Positions 51,281 to 63,476 of a stretch of DNA of 64,000 nt are shown one piece after another. Position numbers and translations under genes: made by a program. Origin of the DNA: Octopus sinensis (lineage: Eukaryota); the NCBI RefSeq assembly GCF_006345805.1, contig NC_043010.1:58094001-58158000 (forward strand), given 5' to 3'. Below the pieces are notes generated by a model. That model did no database searches. It saw only the letters and a program-made list of their open reading frames with translations, and was not told the origin of the DNA. Position 1 is the first letter of the stretch. Each line of letters begins with the position of its first letter.

Positions 51281-52149
51281 ACAGATTGTGCATATTAAGA
51301 GACATTATCACAGGTAATATTTACATTTATTAATGTATATTGCCATGGGAACATTAATCAGAGATGTATTTACTAGACACACACACATGTATACAGGAAC
51401 CCATACATAGACATATGCAGACACATATATACACACGGATATATTCGTACATGGACACACCTCCACATACATCCACACACATACAGCATATGTACTTAGA
51501 TACACACACACACACATGCATATACACACCAATGTATAAACCCTGAGAGAAATGAGGTCAAGAGAGGTCGTGAACGAACAAAGGGAGGAAGCAGCATTGG
51601 AGAGGCGAGGGCTGGATGTAGGGCTTAGTACGAAGCCTGAGGGGGTGCACTCAATATTGAAGATGAGTGGAGGATGAGTATTGTGTGAGGAGTACCTTAA
51701 TATTGGTAACATGAGAGAAGTGAATGCCAAAGAGCATCAGCCATAGTAGTAGTGGTAGGTAAGACAGAGAGTGAACACAGTAGATCTGTAGTCCAGAGGT
51801 TGGATTGTATTTGTCAGTGACTTCATGTTAATAAGTCAACGGCAACTTTTTGCTGAAGCTATTTTCCAATGTTTTAATGTGTGAGCAACAACAGCATTGT
51901 CCCAGGCGTGAAAGCAGTCTCCCATTGTGGACCTAGGGTGTCTCATTGATTTTATAGCAACACTGCTGTCCTCTGTGTAAGAACAATATCCTGCTGGGAG
52001 GTTGCACCAGAAATTTCTAGAAGATTAATAGCCGTTAGGGACTGCAGTAATTTCTGGCCCTGAAGTGGAAGATCAAACTTTGAAATGCCAACTCTGTTGT
52101 TTTGGAGAATTGTTTCCCACAAGGAAGATCTCCAGTAAAATAACAATAT

Positions 52150-52470
52150 GTGATAATATGATGAAGAATTAACAGAATTGTACATTTTAAATTTACAACA
52201 GTAGAAATTCCACCCCAAAGAGTTTGGTCATTACTGTGATGAAGGACTAGCCATCTTGGAACATATGAATAACTATAAAATGGATGCTGTTTATGAAGGA
52301 GTTAGTAAATATTTTTCAAAGTGTTATGTTTAAAGATCACAGTGGATACATATCTAAACAGAGTTGATGTCTTAGATATAAGTCTAGCTTTAACTACTGA
52401 CAGATAATATTCTTACAGGAAACCTATCAAGAAATTACTGTTTACTAATATAAATTCCAACAGTTTATTA
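52150..52470 (+). pseudogene. Second PLE reverse-transcriptase remnant (YRDDGL type)
   Basis: EFGHYCDEGLAILE (from 52220) and LKITVDTYLNRVDVLDISLALTTDR*YSYRKPIKKLLFTNINSN (from 52330) match the PLE RT pattern GLYRDDGLA..LKIT..VDFLDV..PYRKP..YIN..SNHP. Confidence 0.6.
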
Positions 52471-52587
52471 ACAATCTAAAAATATTAGTAACATCTAGCA
52501 ACTCCATTGATTGCAATGACACGTTAAAGACAACGACTTTAAAACAAAATATAGTATTTCCAAGACAATATCAATATTTGCCAATGC

Positions 52588-52696
52588 AAAGTGGCAGTCC
52601 TGATTAGGACCAATGTTGCTGTTATTTAGCCCCAGGAAAACATCATCTCAGGGGCTAAATAACAGCAACATTGGTCCTGATCAGGACTGCCACTTT
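52588..52696. repeat. Near-perfect inverted repeat (46-bp arms, 17-nt loop)
   Basis: 52588-52633 versus 52651-52696: one mismatch, which would be a U-G wobble in plus-strand RNA. Confidence 0.95.
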
Positions 52697-53323
52697 ATGT
52701 TGGCAAAAAAGCTTTACTCTATTGTACTGTTGCTGTATGTTTCTCGTTCAGAGATTTAGAACTCATAATACAAATGGAATCTGAAGTTTACATGATGCAA
52801 TTCCCCTTATAGTTTAAACATTTATTCTAAGACTGGTTTCAAATTTGGACACAAAGCCAGCATTTTCGGGGGAGGGGGCCTTAAGTCAATTACATTATTC
52901 CCATTGCTCAACTGGTACCTATCTTATCAACCCAAAAAGGATAACCCTAATTTCATTCTAATATTGTGATGATTTTCTTGAAGCTTTTCAATTAACATTT
53001 CTCCATAGACAAGAGATAGTCAATAATCTTCAATAAAGAATAATATTAAGATAAGCTACAGCTGCACCGAAAAAAAAAAAATTACTGCTTCCACAGCCAG
53101 TATAAACAAGAGAAGCACAAAAACCTCTCTTTTGTAATTTCAGCAACCTTAACATCTCTTCTCTTGGCAATGCGTATCATTTTTACAGCAGTAATTTTAT
53201 TGAGTTAATGTCTCTCACTCAAATAACAGAGAAACAGAAGTTATGTAGACCTTCTTCAATACTCATTTCAAAACAGATTCTCACCAAATATATTCAGAAA
53301 TATGTTCTATTGTAGGTCCAGAA

Positions 53324-53972
53324 CAGTGGTTCTAAACTAGGGTTCATATGGCCCATAAGGGTTCACATAAGATTTTGTTGCTAAAATTTATGCCCAATAA
53401 ATCTCTCTATATATATATAAAGCTGAAGTTGTCTGTGTGTGGCAGGTTTGGTAGCCTTCAACTAACACTATCTCCTCCGAGACCCTGCAGTGCAAGTTGA
53501 CCAAAATTGAGAGTATGATAGAAGAAGGCTTGCTCTTCCTTCCGTAGAAGATAAAATTCAAATCGGACCATGTTAACACCAAAATTTAATTACATCAAAA
53601 AGGTGCTTTTTTTCTATGAAAATCCCTAATTTTTATGATTTTTTGGCTGCTGTGTCACCATTTTTCGGTGTATTTCAACCAGAAAAATGTTCACTTAAAG
53701 AGAATAACACGCTACATAATGCAAAATTTTTACTTTTCAAAAATTCCAATTCTAAAGGGTCGAAACAAACCCGAGCAACGCCAGGTGATACTGCTAGTAG
53801 GTTATAATTCTACAATACACAAAATATTTTATAAAATTTTTTAAAACAATTCCTTGTAAGATTTTAATTATAAAAATACCAAAAGAATTCTTTTATATAC
53901 ATGGAATGGCGATGAGGGTTCAGCTGAGTCAAATAGGAATCAAAGGGGTCCATTTATGGTTGAGAACCACTG
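53324..53972. mobile_element. hAT-type (Charlie-like) MITE interrupted by a Helitron
   Basis: Terminal repeats CAGTGGTTCTAAAC and GGTTGAGAACCACTG. The 8-bp flanks GTCCAGAA and GTTAAGGA match at 5/8 (degraded target-site duplication). Confidence 0.7.
53402..53797 (+). mobile_element. Non-autonomous Helitron
   Basis: 5' A|TC..TATATATAAAGCTGAAG; 3' hairpin CCCGAGCAACGCCAGG (53770-53785) then CTAG|T; A-T insertion site, no target-site duplication. Confidence 0.85.
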
Positions 53973-54750
53973 GTTAAGGATATTTGTATTTGCAACTATT
54001 TTCTCCAAAAACAGTTCTGTCCTCTAGGACAACTGTTGCGATAACTATTGCAAGGAAAACCTTTGATCCCAGAGCTATTCAACCAGGACTGACCTGAGGC
54101 TCACCCACCATGACCACCATGACCAACATCACTACCATCATTGCCACAATGACCACCTATACAACCACCACTACCATCATCATCACTACCACCATCAACA
54201 TCATCACCATCACTATGATGACCAACACCACCACCACCACCACTCCCACTACATACCATTATACACTCCTATATGACACTATCCCCCCACCCCACCACCC
54301 TCAGTTTCTTGAAATGGCAATGGTAGCAAGAAACAGCGAATTTTATCAGTTTTGAAATCAATAAGTGTCACTGGCACTGTAGAATAATGGTATGATGGAG
54401 GGGGGAGTGATGGTGGTGGTTCAGAGAGGGAAGTATAGCCCTGGTACTAGTAGAAATGGTGGTGGCATCGTAGTGGTGTTGTTGACAGAGAGAGAATGCT
54501 ACAAGAGTGGGCGTAGTACTGGCAAAAGTAGGTGTTTGTGACAGTATATGTTTTAGTGGTATAGGTAGTGTTATGTGGTGTTGGTAGCAGTGTATATAGA
54601 AGTAGCATAGGCTACAGTTGGAGAGAGTGTTGTAGGAGAGATAGAATTACTGGCACAATGGTGGAATAGCAAATCAAGATGAGATTGTGGTATAGGTGGT
54701 AGTAGGGAGGTGATGGTATGGAAACGGTATCATAGTGGTTAGTGGGAGTG

Positions 54751-54970
54751 GTAAGGTGGTGTGCTGGTGGAACTGCTAGCATGCTGGGCAAACGGTTCAA
54801 CAGCATTTTGTCTGTCACTGCGTTCTGAGTTCAAATTCCACCAGGATCCACTTTACTTTTCATCCTTTCAGGGTCGATAAAATAAATACCAGTTGTGTGC
54901 TGGGGTTGATGTAATCGACTTACCCACCCTCTCGTCGAAATTGATGGCCTTGCACCAAAACTGGAAACCA
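54751..54970 (+). mobile_element. SINE family B
   Basis: TAAGGTGG..CGTTCTGAGTTCAAATTCC..TTTCATCCTTTCAGGGTCGATAAAATAAATACCAG. Confidence 0.8.
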
Positions 54971-55921
54971 ATATCAGTTGTAGTGGTATGGGATGTAGTA
55001 GTAGCAGTAGGTAATGGTAGCAGTGGTGGTGGTAGTTGTAGTCTGAAGGTATCAGAAATATAGGAAAATATGTACCTAGGTACAACAGCAACAATGCTGA
55101 GGTTGATTCAGTACAGAGGGTGGCAGAGGTGGTGGCGGTGGGTGGAGGTGGTGGGTGGGTTATTAAATGTATGTGGAGGGGGGGAGGAACTTCTGTTGTT
55201 CCTGTGATTTTGATTATATGGTTGTTAGTAGCAGTTGCAGTGGTAGTAGTAGCTGTTGTTGTTGTAGTTGTTGCTATTGTTATGTTTTTTTTTTCTGTTG
55301 ATGAGGTTGTTCTTGTTTTGATCTTCCTTCTCTTGTTGTTGTTGTCGTTGTTAACTTTTGTTTCGTTTTTTTCTCCTGTTGTTGTTGTTGTTACCTTTTG
55401 CTAGTTTCAATGTGGTTCTTCCTTTTTCATTACTGATTGTTCTTTTAATGATAGAGCTGGTGTGTGTGTGTGTGTGTGTGTGTGTGAGGGTGTGCATGTG
55501 TGTTTGTGTGTGTGTATGTGTAGCTATGTGTGTGAGGGTGTATCTGTTAGAGTGTATGCGCATGTGTGTGTATATGTGAGGGTGTGGGTGTATCCATGTC
55601 TATGTTCATGTGTGTATATGCATGTGTGTGTGTGTATGGGTGTATCTATTTGTGTATGTGTGTATCCATGTTTATGTGTGTATATGCATGTGTGTGAGGG
55701 TGTATCTATATTCATGCGTGTTTGTGTGTGTGTATATGTGTATATCAGGGTTTGGGTGATGGAGGGGAGACAAAAGAGGAAAATACTGAGGGATGTGGGT
55801 GGGGGTATGGCATGCTTGTGTATGCGTGTGTGTGCATGCGTGTGTGTGTGTGTTATGCAGAGAAAGAGAGAGAGAAAGCGAGGGTGTACCAAAGAGATAT
55901 AGAGAGGTAGAGAGAGGATAA

Positions 55922-55960
<39 letters not shown>

Positions 55961-56087
55961 AGTAATATAATTTTCCTATCTTTACAACATCAACATGGAG
56001 AAAGTTGGAAAATATTTAGATTCACATTTTTATGTATTACTAGAGTTAAAAATATACACAAACATACAAATTGATACATACATACAT

Positions 56088-56119
<32 letters not shown>

Positions 56120-56141
56120 GTATGTGGATATATGTATACAT

Positions 56142-56172
<31 letters not shown>

Positions 56173-56255
56173 CACATGCATATATACATATAGGTACATA
56201 TACATATGATACACATGTATATATACATAAAACATGATTATCATATATGTGAATA

Positions 56256-56302
<47 letters not shown>

Positions 56303-56680
56303 TACATACATACCTGCACATATATGTGTATATATATTTTTTATTAATATATATATATATGTGTGTGTGTATGTATATATATATATTATATATATATATA
56401 TATATATAACTGTATTTATCTATCAAACTCTCTACCCTCTACCCCTTTCTCTACATAGATATATATACACGCATACATACAAACATACATGCATACATAC
56501 ACATATATGTAAGTATAAGCATACATGCGTGTGTGTATGTATATATAGATATATATATATATATACACATATATACATATGTATGCATAAATGTATGTAT
56601 AAGTATCTATCTACCTACCTACTTACCTATCAATCTATCTTTCTATCTATCTATTCATCCAGCTTTCTACCTATCTCCCT

Positions 56681-56732
<52 letters not shown>

Positions 56733-58001
56733 GTGTGTGTGTGTGTGTGTGTATGTATGTGAGTGTGCGTATGTGTTTGTGCCTATATATATATACATAT
56801 ACATACATATAAATGGATAAATACATAACCAGATAGATAGATAGATAATTAGATAGATTGATAGATAGACAGATAAATCAATAAAAAGGTAGATAGGTAA
56901 ATAACCCTTCCCCCACAGCACATATTTTTATCTGTTGCTTTCTGGTTCAGTGTGTGATTTAGAAAAATGGAAAGGTAGAATGGCAGAGTTTGGGTGAAAG
57001 GATGGGACAGGGGAAGATAATAAGGGTAATTGTGGGATAGGGGGGGGGTGGTGGTGGTGATGGTGGTGGTAGTCGTCACTGCCGTGGTTGAGGTGGCAGT
57101 TGTGGTGGTTCTGTTTGTAGTGTGGTTGTTGTTGATGTAGTGACGGTGGTGGTGGTAGGGGTGACATTCTCTAACAACACAGTATTAAATGGAATTATCT
57201 TCTTGAGCGAGTTTCTCATTTTTTAAACTCCTTTCTCTGTAATCACATTTCTTCAGTGTGTGTGTGTGTGCATGTACGTGTGTCTATATGTACGTCAGGA
57301 TGTCTTTGCGTATATGTATGCATATGTATGCTTGTGTGTGTGTGTGTGTGTATATAACTGTGTCCCAGCGAGCATGTGTCTGTTTATATGAATGTGCATG
57401 TGTGTGTGAGGGGGTGGGGGCGGTAATTTTATTTGATGTGAAGGGAAAGGAAAACGGAGAGGAAGTGAGTGTGAAAGGCAAAGAAAGTTAGAGAGAGAAT
57501 TAGATTGAGAGAGGGAGAGAAATAGAAAGAGAGAGACAAAGAGAGAGAAATAGAAAGAGAGAGAGGAAGAGAGAGAGAGAGAGGGGTTTGTATTGATCTT
57601 AAATGATTTGTGACGTCAAAGAGTGACATAGTAGTGTAGTAGTAGAGGCTGTAGTAGTTGTTGCAAAGGTGGTGGTGGTAGTGTTTGTGGCAGTAGTGGT
57701 GATGTCCTTCCTTTTTGAAGACAGTAGTATGTCATTTGGGAGAAATGTGGCTGCTTTTTCTAGCAGGGTGACTGTCCATGTAAAGGTCACTCGGCCGGTT
57801 GACTCCCATATATGCTCTTTGTGTGTGTGATTGCTCGATAGATACATATAAGTACAGGGATAGATAGACACACACACACACACACACACACATGTATACA
57901 TACACTTATATACACATGTATATATGTATTTACATATAGATATATATTCATATATACATACACATACATATACGTATGCACACATACACACACATATCTA
58001 T

Positions 58002-58061
<60 letters not shown>

Positions 58062-58133
58062 ATACATACATATATATATATATATTTCAAATATATAATA
58101 CTGTACCAAGAACTTCTTTCTATTATTCTACTA

Positions 58134-58171
<38 letters not shown>

Positions 58172-58265
58172 CACCAATATACATGTATGTATATATGTAT
58201 ATGTATATATATATATATACCTGTATAGACATACATGTACATATATACACACATGTATATTTACA

Positions 58266-58299
<34 letters not shown>

Positions 58300-58302
<3 letters not shown>

Positions 58303-58691
58303 ATATATATATCTCCTATATATATAATTCTCCCTTCATTCTGACTTTCTCTCTGTCCTTTCTCGTCTCCAGTTGTATTGAACATTTTCAATTTCCTTTG
58401 CGTCACTCTGCCTTTTGGCTGCATGGCATTTTTTATTGTATATTTTTGGGTTGTACATGTGTATTTTATTCTGTTGTGTTTGTTTTCGTCATTGTCCTGT
58501 ACATTCGTTAGCAATTCCCAGTGGCTTTTCGCCACTGGCACCACCAAAACTAAACAATATTAACATTAAAGGCGTGAATTTGTAAGGGATCTTTTGGATG
58601 TTGACTGATGAGGAATTAGTTATGAATTTTCTGTCTGCTGTGTTTTTGTTAAATTTTATACCTACCTACATACATACATACATACATACAT

Positions 58692-58728
<37 letters not shown>

Positions 58729-59099
58729 CCTATATATATATCTCCTATATATATAATTCTCCCTTCATTCTGACTTTCTCTCTGTCCTTTCTCGTCTCCA
58801 GTTGTATTGAACATTTTCAATTTCCTTTGCGTCACTCTGCCTTTTGGCTGCATGGCATTTTTTATTGTATATTTTTGGGTTGTACATGTGTATTTTATTC
58901 TGTTGTGTTTGTTTTCGTCATTGTCCTGTACATTCGTTAGCAATTCCCAGTGGCTTTTCGCCACTGGCACCACCAAAACTAAACAATATTAACATTAAAG
59001 GCGTGAATTTGTAAGGGATCTTTTGGATGTTGACTGATGAGGAATTAGTTATGAATTTTCTGTCTGCTGTGTTTTTGTTAAATTTTATACCTACCTACC
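58300..59099. repeat. Exact tandem duplication, period 429 bp, bounded by (TA)n/(CATA)n
   Basis: 58300-58670 equals 58729-59099; no differences seen outside the microsatellite. Confidence 0.9.
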
Positions 59100-59124
59100 T
59101 ACATACATACATACATACATACAT

Positions 59125-59173
<49 letters not shown>

Positions 59174-59181
59174 TACATATA

Positions 59182-60033
59182 TGAGGAGGTACCTAAAAGT
59201 AACTTGAAACATTCTTTGTGGGACAAGCCCTTGGTAGTTCAGGCTTCCGCTACTAGGAGCCACTTGATGCAATCCTTAGGCATCAGTCTTCTGAACTGAT
59301 ACATGTTGCATCTTTGTTTTGCACAGCTTCCCCCTTGTTCACTGAGTTTTGCAATGGCTAAGATGACGAAACAATGTGCTTTTGTGAAATTCTGTTGTTT
59401 TTTTTTTTGCTGGGTAAACATTGGCTGAAGCAGGTGTCATACTTCAGACAGCTTACAAGAATGCTGCCATGAGCAAAACACAAGTTTACGAGTGGGCTTT
59501 CATTGCTTTAGGGATGCTCAGGGTGACTGTCGAGCTCCTGAATGAATGAAAACATCATGACTGATCTTTAAGGACCGTCACTGTACAATTGATGAATTTG
59601 TTGGTATGAGGGGTGTGTTCTGGAGCTCCCACCAACAAATTTTGAGCAAGGAGTTGTGAATAAAAAGAGTTGCGGTAAATTTTGTGCCTCATTTTGCTCA
59701 CAGAAGATGAAAAGCAGTCGTGACTGAATGCAGGCGATGAACTGAAAGGACAGCTGGAAATTGATCTGGACCATTTTGTCAAAGATCATCACTGATGATG
59801 GAAGCTGGTGCTATGGAATTTGCAGATGTGGAAGAGGTGAAGAAGAAAACGATGGAGGTATTAAAAGACATCACTTTGAGAGAGTTCTAGTGTTGCTTCA
59901 AACATTGGAAAAAACATCTGGACTGATGCATTGATCCAAATGGAGAACACTTTGAAGGCGATAAAATGTAAACGTGTAAAACTAAGTGAATAAAATAACT
60001 GCAAAATTCCGGTTTCTTTTGAGTACCTCCTCA
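59182..60033 (+). mobile_element. Non-autonomous mariner with internal deletion
   Basis: TA|TGAGGAGGTACCTAAAAG ... CTTTTGAGTACCTCCTCA|TA. Remnants include MSKTQVYEW, IITDDGSWCYG joined to FADVEEVKKKT..CIDPNGEHFEGDK. Confidence 0.9.
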
Positions 60034-60279
60034 TACATACATAAATATATATTGAGAGACGGATAGATATGTCTCTACAATGGATCATGTAGAAGGTGAT
60101 GTACTGAATGGTTCCACAAACATATTCTCACTGAATTTAAAATTTACCTCTTAGTTAGAGAAAGAAATCAAATACTCAACGGTAATTGTTAGTGGAACTC
60201 AAAGACAAAAGAGGAGATTGTTTGAAGAAAGCAAGCATTACACATTCATACCCAGATATACATATCTGTCTATCCATCT

Positions 60280-60339
60280 ACATAGTTATCTCTCTACATA
60301 TGTATGAAGATAGAAAGATAGATAGATAAATAGATAAAT

Positions 60340-60414
<75 letters not shown>

Positions 60415-60565
60415 TAGATAGATGGATAGACAGACAGACAAACAGACAGACAGATATATAGATAGATAGATAGATATGTTTCTTTATTAGCCACACAGAC
60501 GGGACAAATTACAAGGTAGAGCTTTTCTTTTGGGGATAAAAAAAGATAGATAGATAGATAGATGA
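60280..60565. repeat. (GATA)n/(GACA)n microsatellite
   Basis: Seen directly. Confidence 0.9.
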
Positions 60566-60584
60566 TAGATAAATATCATCATCA

Positions 60585-60895
60585 TCATCATCATCATTTA
60601 ATGTCTGCTTTCCATGTTGGCATATGTTGGACAGCTTGATAGGCTCTGGCAAATCAGAAGACTCTGCCAACCTCCAGTTGTCTGCTCTGGCATGGTTTTA
60701 TGGCAGGATGCTCTTCCTAATGCCAACCACTTTACAGAATGGATTGGGTACTTTTTTATGTGGCACTAACACCAGTGGAGTCACCAAGAAGCTTGCAAGA
60801 CAACGACCCCACCCTTCGCCCTCAACTGAAGAGGGAGTAACATTGAGTGGGGGGAGGGGGGGCTTTATGCCAAATGATGTGAGGTTAGGGTATGA
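60585..60895 (-). mobile_element. Retroposon 3' end, family D
   Basis: (CAT)n-TTTAATGTCTGCTTTCCATGTTGGC..GGATGCTCTTCCTAATGCCAACCAC. Confidence 0.6.
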
Positions 60896-60982
60896 ATAGA
60901 GGAAGAGAAAAACAACTCATATATATTCATACATATATGTATATCTATTTCTCTCTCTCTCTCTCTCCCTCTCTATATATAT

Positions 60983-61023
<41 letters not shown>

Positions 61024-61761
61024 CATACACACACATATATATACACACACACGCATACATATATATATACACACACACATATATATATACACAGACACAT
61101 ACATATATACACACACACACACATATATATATTTGAAACAGAATTTAAAAAATGGGACAAGAACGCAAAACATCCAGACAGATGATACAACAATGGGACA
61201 AGAAGAAACAAGAGTTTTCTTTCCTCAGTCGAGTTCCAGATTATCTTTGCAGTTTCAGCTGGTTATAACTCGAGACTGCTCCAATCTGGTGAGCCCCAAG
61301 GAAACTCTAAGCTAAGAGCACTAGATTCCTTGGAAGAAAGCAACAAATGCATATGAAAATAAGGAAAGAAAAAAATGGAGAAATGGTACACAAATACAAA
61401 TGCAAATATCAGGACATTAACAACAGGTGTCTTTCGACTAAGGATGAATCAAATTAAGCTGGCGTGTGTGGAAGTGAAGCCTTACGTCAGGGCCGTAAGA
61501 GATGACAGGCATGGAGAGGAATATAGATGTTGCATGGATGGTAGTCAAACCAAGAAAGAAAGGTCAGGCTTGGCTGGTCATGTGGAGGTAGAGGAGAGAG
61601 GTATAGAAGAATTAGGGAGGGACAAGAACAAAGAAAAGGGATAGAGTGAAGTGAAAGAGGAGGGAAGGTGAGAATGATGGGAAGGCCAGGAAATGTGAGG
61701 GAGGGGGAATGAAAGAAAGAAGAGTTGAAAGAACGAAGTAGGTGTGAAGGGGCTGATAGAA

Positions 61762-61814
<53 letters not shown>

Positions 61815-61815
<1 letters not shown>

Positions 61816-62087
61816 TATCCAAAATGTACAGTATTAAATATCCATCACGGCTGATCTTACCAATTGGTTTCACACTAGGGGTACAACGGAGTGTTAAGTA
61901 ACAATCTGTTTATATAACCCTACGCTCATCAAAGAGCAGTCACCATATTTCATTCCATATTGGCTACTGCTGATGAGTATAAGGTTATATAATTGGATTG
62001 TTACCTAACACTCTGTTGTACCCCTAGTGCAAAACCAATTGGTAAGAACAGCCATGATGGATATACAATACTGTACACTTCAGATAA
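61815..62087. mobile_element. Foldback MITE-like palindrome (117-bp arms), TA-flanked
   Basis: 61815-61931 aligns ungapped to the reverse complement of 61971-62087, with about 17 mismatches counted by eye; TA at 61813-61814 and 62088-62089. Confidence 0.85.
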
Positions 62088-62159
62088 TAGACCCACTTTT
62101 TTGACAGATATACAAGTGCATCTTTTTCCTGACTTATGAAATTTTAGACAACGTGTGTG

Positions 62160-62211
<52 letters not shown>

Positions 62212-63242
62212 ATATATTATATGCCATAGCAATGTTGATGAGCTGATGTGAAGCACTTGTATTTCAGTTCCACTGCATTAATGTTTTACTCACTGTCACC
62301 GTTGTCTCTGATGTTGTGTCTTACCACTATAATCACTGTGCTTTATATGTAAACCAATTAAACACTATTGTCACCAGGTCAGTTGTGACCTGGTCTAGTA
62401 GAACTCATTCAGTTCTCAACTATAGGTTAACTAGCATGCCATGGAATTGTCTCCAAAAGAAGGTCACTCACAGACTCCCGAATGGACCCATGGCCAATGA
62501 GCTCCTTCAGCTCTTTAATAGGTCATTGAAGAGAAGGCAACTCCGTACAAATCCTGCATCCTGATAACTACTGGGCTCGTGGCACCAAATCAATACAAAC
62601 CATGCAAACCACTATAATAATAATAATAGTCATCATACAAGATGTACATCAGACCAAGACACCAGCACCAAAGAGAACTGTGTAGTTGTGTCTTGTTCAT
62701 TCCCCTGCAAACCCACCAAACTTTCTTGGTGAGACGGTGTGGTTATTGGGGACCCTGTAGGATGGAAAAGAGAGAAGAACCCAGGAGAGCAAATGGCCAT
62801 CCAGCATGGTGTAAATAATGAAAAGAGGATGATTACCCTGTATGTGGAAAGAAGACCAGAATGAAAGGACATTACAAGGGTGAGAGGAGGGGGATCTGGA
62901 ATATCACTAGAATGGACGTCGCTAATGCCACATTTTCGTATTCAGCAATTGAAAGTATGAATAGTGTGGTCGAATGAAGCACCAGAGTTGGATGTGGAAG
63001 GCAGTTGTTCCATGAACCACGACTGGTTGGAACTGGTTGTTGAACAGCATCAAAGGATGATGATGAGGGGGGGGGGGAGTTGCTGAACCTTAATTTGTTA
63101 GAGAAACAACTGATCCCAACAATTAACTACACCTTATAACACCACTCTATACAATGTATATTGTATAGTGCCATTCTATCGAAGCTACTCTATTCAATAC
63201 TGTTATACTATGCCATCACATCATTTAAGCCACTCCAATGCC

Positions 63243-63476
63243 TATTTCTTTACTACCCACAAGGGGCTAAACACAGAGAGTACAAACAAGGACAGACAAA
63301 CAGATTAAGTCGATTATATCGACCCCAGTGTGTAACTGGTACTTAATTTATCGACCCCAAAAGGATGAAAGGCAAAGTCGACCTCGGCAGAATTTGAACT
63401 CAGAACGTAACGACAGACAAAATACCGCTTGGCATTTCACCCGGCATGCTAACGTGTCTGCCAGCTCACTGCCTTA
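63243..63476 (-). mobile_element. SINE family B, full length
   Basis: ATTAAGTCGATTATATCGACCCCAG..AAGGATGAAAGGCAAAGTCGACCTCGG..TCTGCCAGCTCACTGCCTT. Confidence 0.85.

Noticed and set aside
58505-58635. Hammerhead in the 429-bp unit (CTGATGAG at 58605; minus strand TTGGTGG-T-GCC-AGT-GGC-GAAA)
   Set aside because: The plus-strand core lacks GAAA, and the minus-strand version needs three core substitutions; not supportable without a family consensus.
61970-61977. CTGATGAG in the foldback as a ribozyme core
   Set aside because: No stem II or GAAA follows.
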